The translations under genes were made by a program, and so were the position numbers. Under the pieces are notes generated by a model that saw nothing but the letters and a program-made list of their open reading frames with translations, ran no database searches and was not told where the DNA came from. Of a DNA stretch of 64,000 nucleotides, positions 62,674-64,000 are shown one piece after another. This stretch comes from Eledone cirrhosa (lineage: Eukaryota): positions 10,354,001 through 10,418,000 of the forward strand of contig OZ024743.1 of assembly GCA_964016885.1 (NCBI GenBank), read 5' to 3'. Position 1 is the stretch's first letter. Every line of letters begins with the position of its first letter.

Positions 62674-64000
62674 ATCATCATCATCATCATCATCATCATC
62701 GTTTAACGTCCCTGTTCCATGCTTGCATGGGTTTGGACGGGGGTTTTCCCACTTGAGGCAAGAGTGGTTGTCTTGCTCGCATAGGACTGTCTGGCAGGTT
62801 TTCTACAGCTGGATGCCCTTCCTAACACCAACCACATTTACAGTGTGGGGCTGGGAGGTTTTTACCGTGTTGCCTACACGGCCACATTACAGCGTGGACT
62901 GTCTGGCGGGTTTTCTACAGCTGGATGCCCTTCCTAACACCAACCACATTTACAGTGTGGGGCTGGGAGGTTTTTACCGTGTTGCCTACACGGCCACATT
63001 ACAGCGTGGACTGTCTGGCGGGTTTTCTACAGCTGGATGCCCTTCCTAACACCAACCACATTTACAGTGTGGGGCTGGGAGGTTTTTACCGTGTTGCCTA
63101 CACGGCCACATTACAGCGTGGACTGTCTGGCGGGTTTTCTACAGCTGGATGCCCTTCCTAACACCAACCACATTTACAGTGTGGGGCTGGGAGGTTTTTA
63201 CCGTGTTGCCTACACGGCCACATTACAGCGTGGACTGTGTGTTTTTTTGTCGTGAGACCTACACGATCTCATTTGTTTCGGCCTGGATGTTGTGGCACCA
63301 ACATAACTTTACATTGAAAGGGGCGGTGTGGATGGGATTGGGGTGGTGGGACGGGGGGGTGTATTTTGTTAGAGATGCCTACTGACTGTAGTAGGTTTTA
63401 CTTTGTATTTCAGGTAAGCCGGGTCTTCTCTATTACTGAGTACCGCCAAAGGTCTCGGTCCAGTGACATTGTCTTGGAGAGGTGTAAGTGTGTGAGGTCG
63501 GAATTTATCAGCTCGTCCCAGGTTTTTCTGGGTCTGCCTATTCCGTGGCTACCGTCTATCTTTATTGCCCTGCACTTTGTTATACAGCTGTCGTCTTTCA
63601 TGCGCATCACGTGACCATACCAACGTAGCCTTCTCTCGAGTAAACAACATCTGATCCCTCTTATTTCTAATTTTTTCCTTAGTTCGTTTATGCTTTGCCG
63701 TTCACGTATATTACTATTACACATCCAGCGGAGCATGCAAGCTTCGTTCCTCTCTAGTCTGTGTATATCCTCTGCACACAATGCCCAGGTCTCACTGCCA
63801 TGCAACATTGCTGTTCGTATGCAGGCATCATACAACCTGCCTTTCATTTTTAGGGAGAACCCTTTAGCGGCTAATAGTGGTATAAGCTCTCTGAACTTTT
63901 TCCATCCAGTTCTGACTCTACCCACTGTACTTTCAGAGCACCCTCCCCCACTGCTGATTTTGTCACCCAGGTAACGGAAGCTGTCCACTATTTCTATAGA
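62674..64000 (-). mobile_element. RTE subfamily A, runs off window end; 3'UTR with four 112-bp units
   Basis: ORF 63410-63988 is near-identical to the other A copies; units start at 62784, 62896, 63008 and 63120. Confidence 0.93.

Noticed and set aside
62784-63231. CRISPR-like array
   Set aside because: Units are contiguous with no unique spacers, there are no cas genes, and they lie in a LINE 3'UTR.

Overview
Repeat-dominated, AT-rich eukaryotic genomic DNA. The SINE, LINE and microsatellite make-up is consistent with an octopod cephalopod, but that is an inference. No host protein-coding gene could be identified with confidence, and almost all short ORFs in the track are microsatellite or antisense artefacts. 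The window holds: two R4/Dong-type RLE retrotransposons and an L1/Tx1-type fragment nested in a (TAA)n tract; two abutting non-autonomous Helitrons; three Penelope-like (PLE) coding fragments; at least eight young RTE-type LINE copies of three subfamilies (here A, B, C) whose RT thumb contains a PHD-type C4HC3 finger; a CR1/L2-group fragment; a Chapaev-like transposase relic; MITEs; and many tRNA-derived SINEs. The most interesting unannotated signals are RNA-level. There are several hammerhead ribozyme folds, including an ORF-less ~420-nt repeat unit (retrozyme-like) and a palindrome with hammerheads on both strands. The RTE 3'UTR has a covarying, copy-number-variable hairpin module. SINE/LINE chimeras share that module. 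Coordinates were read by eye and ends may be off by a few bases.
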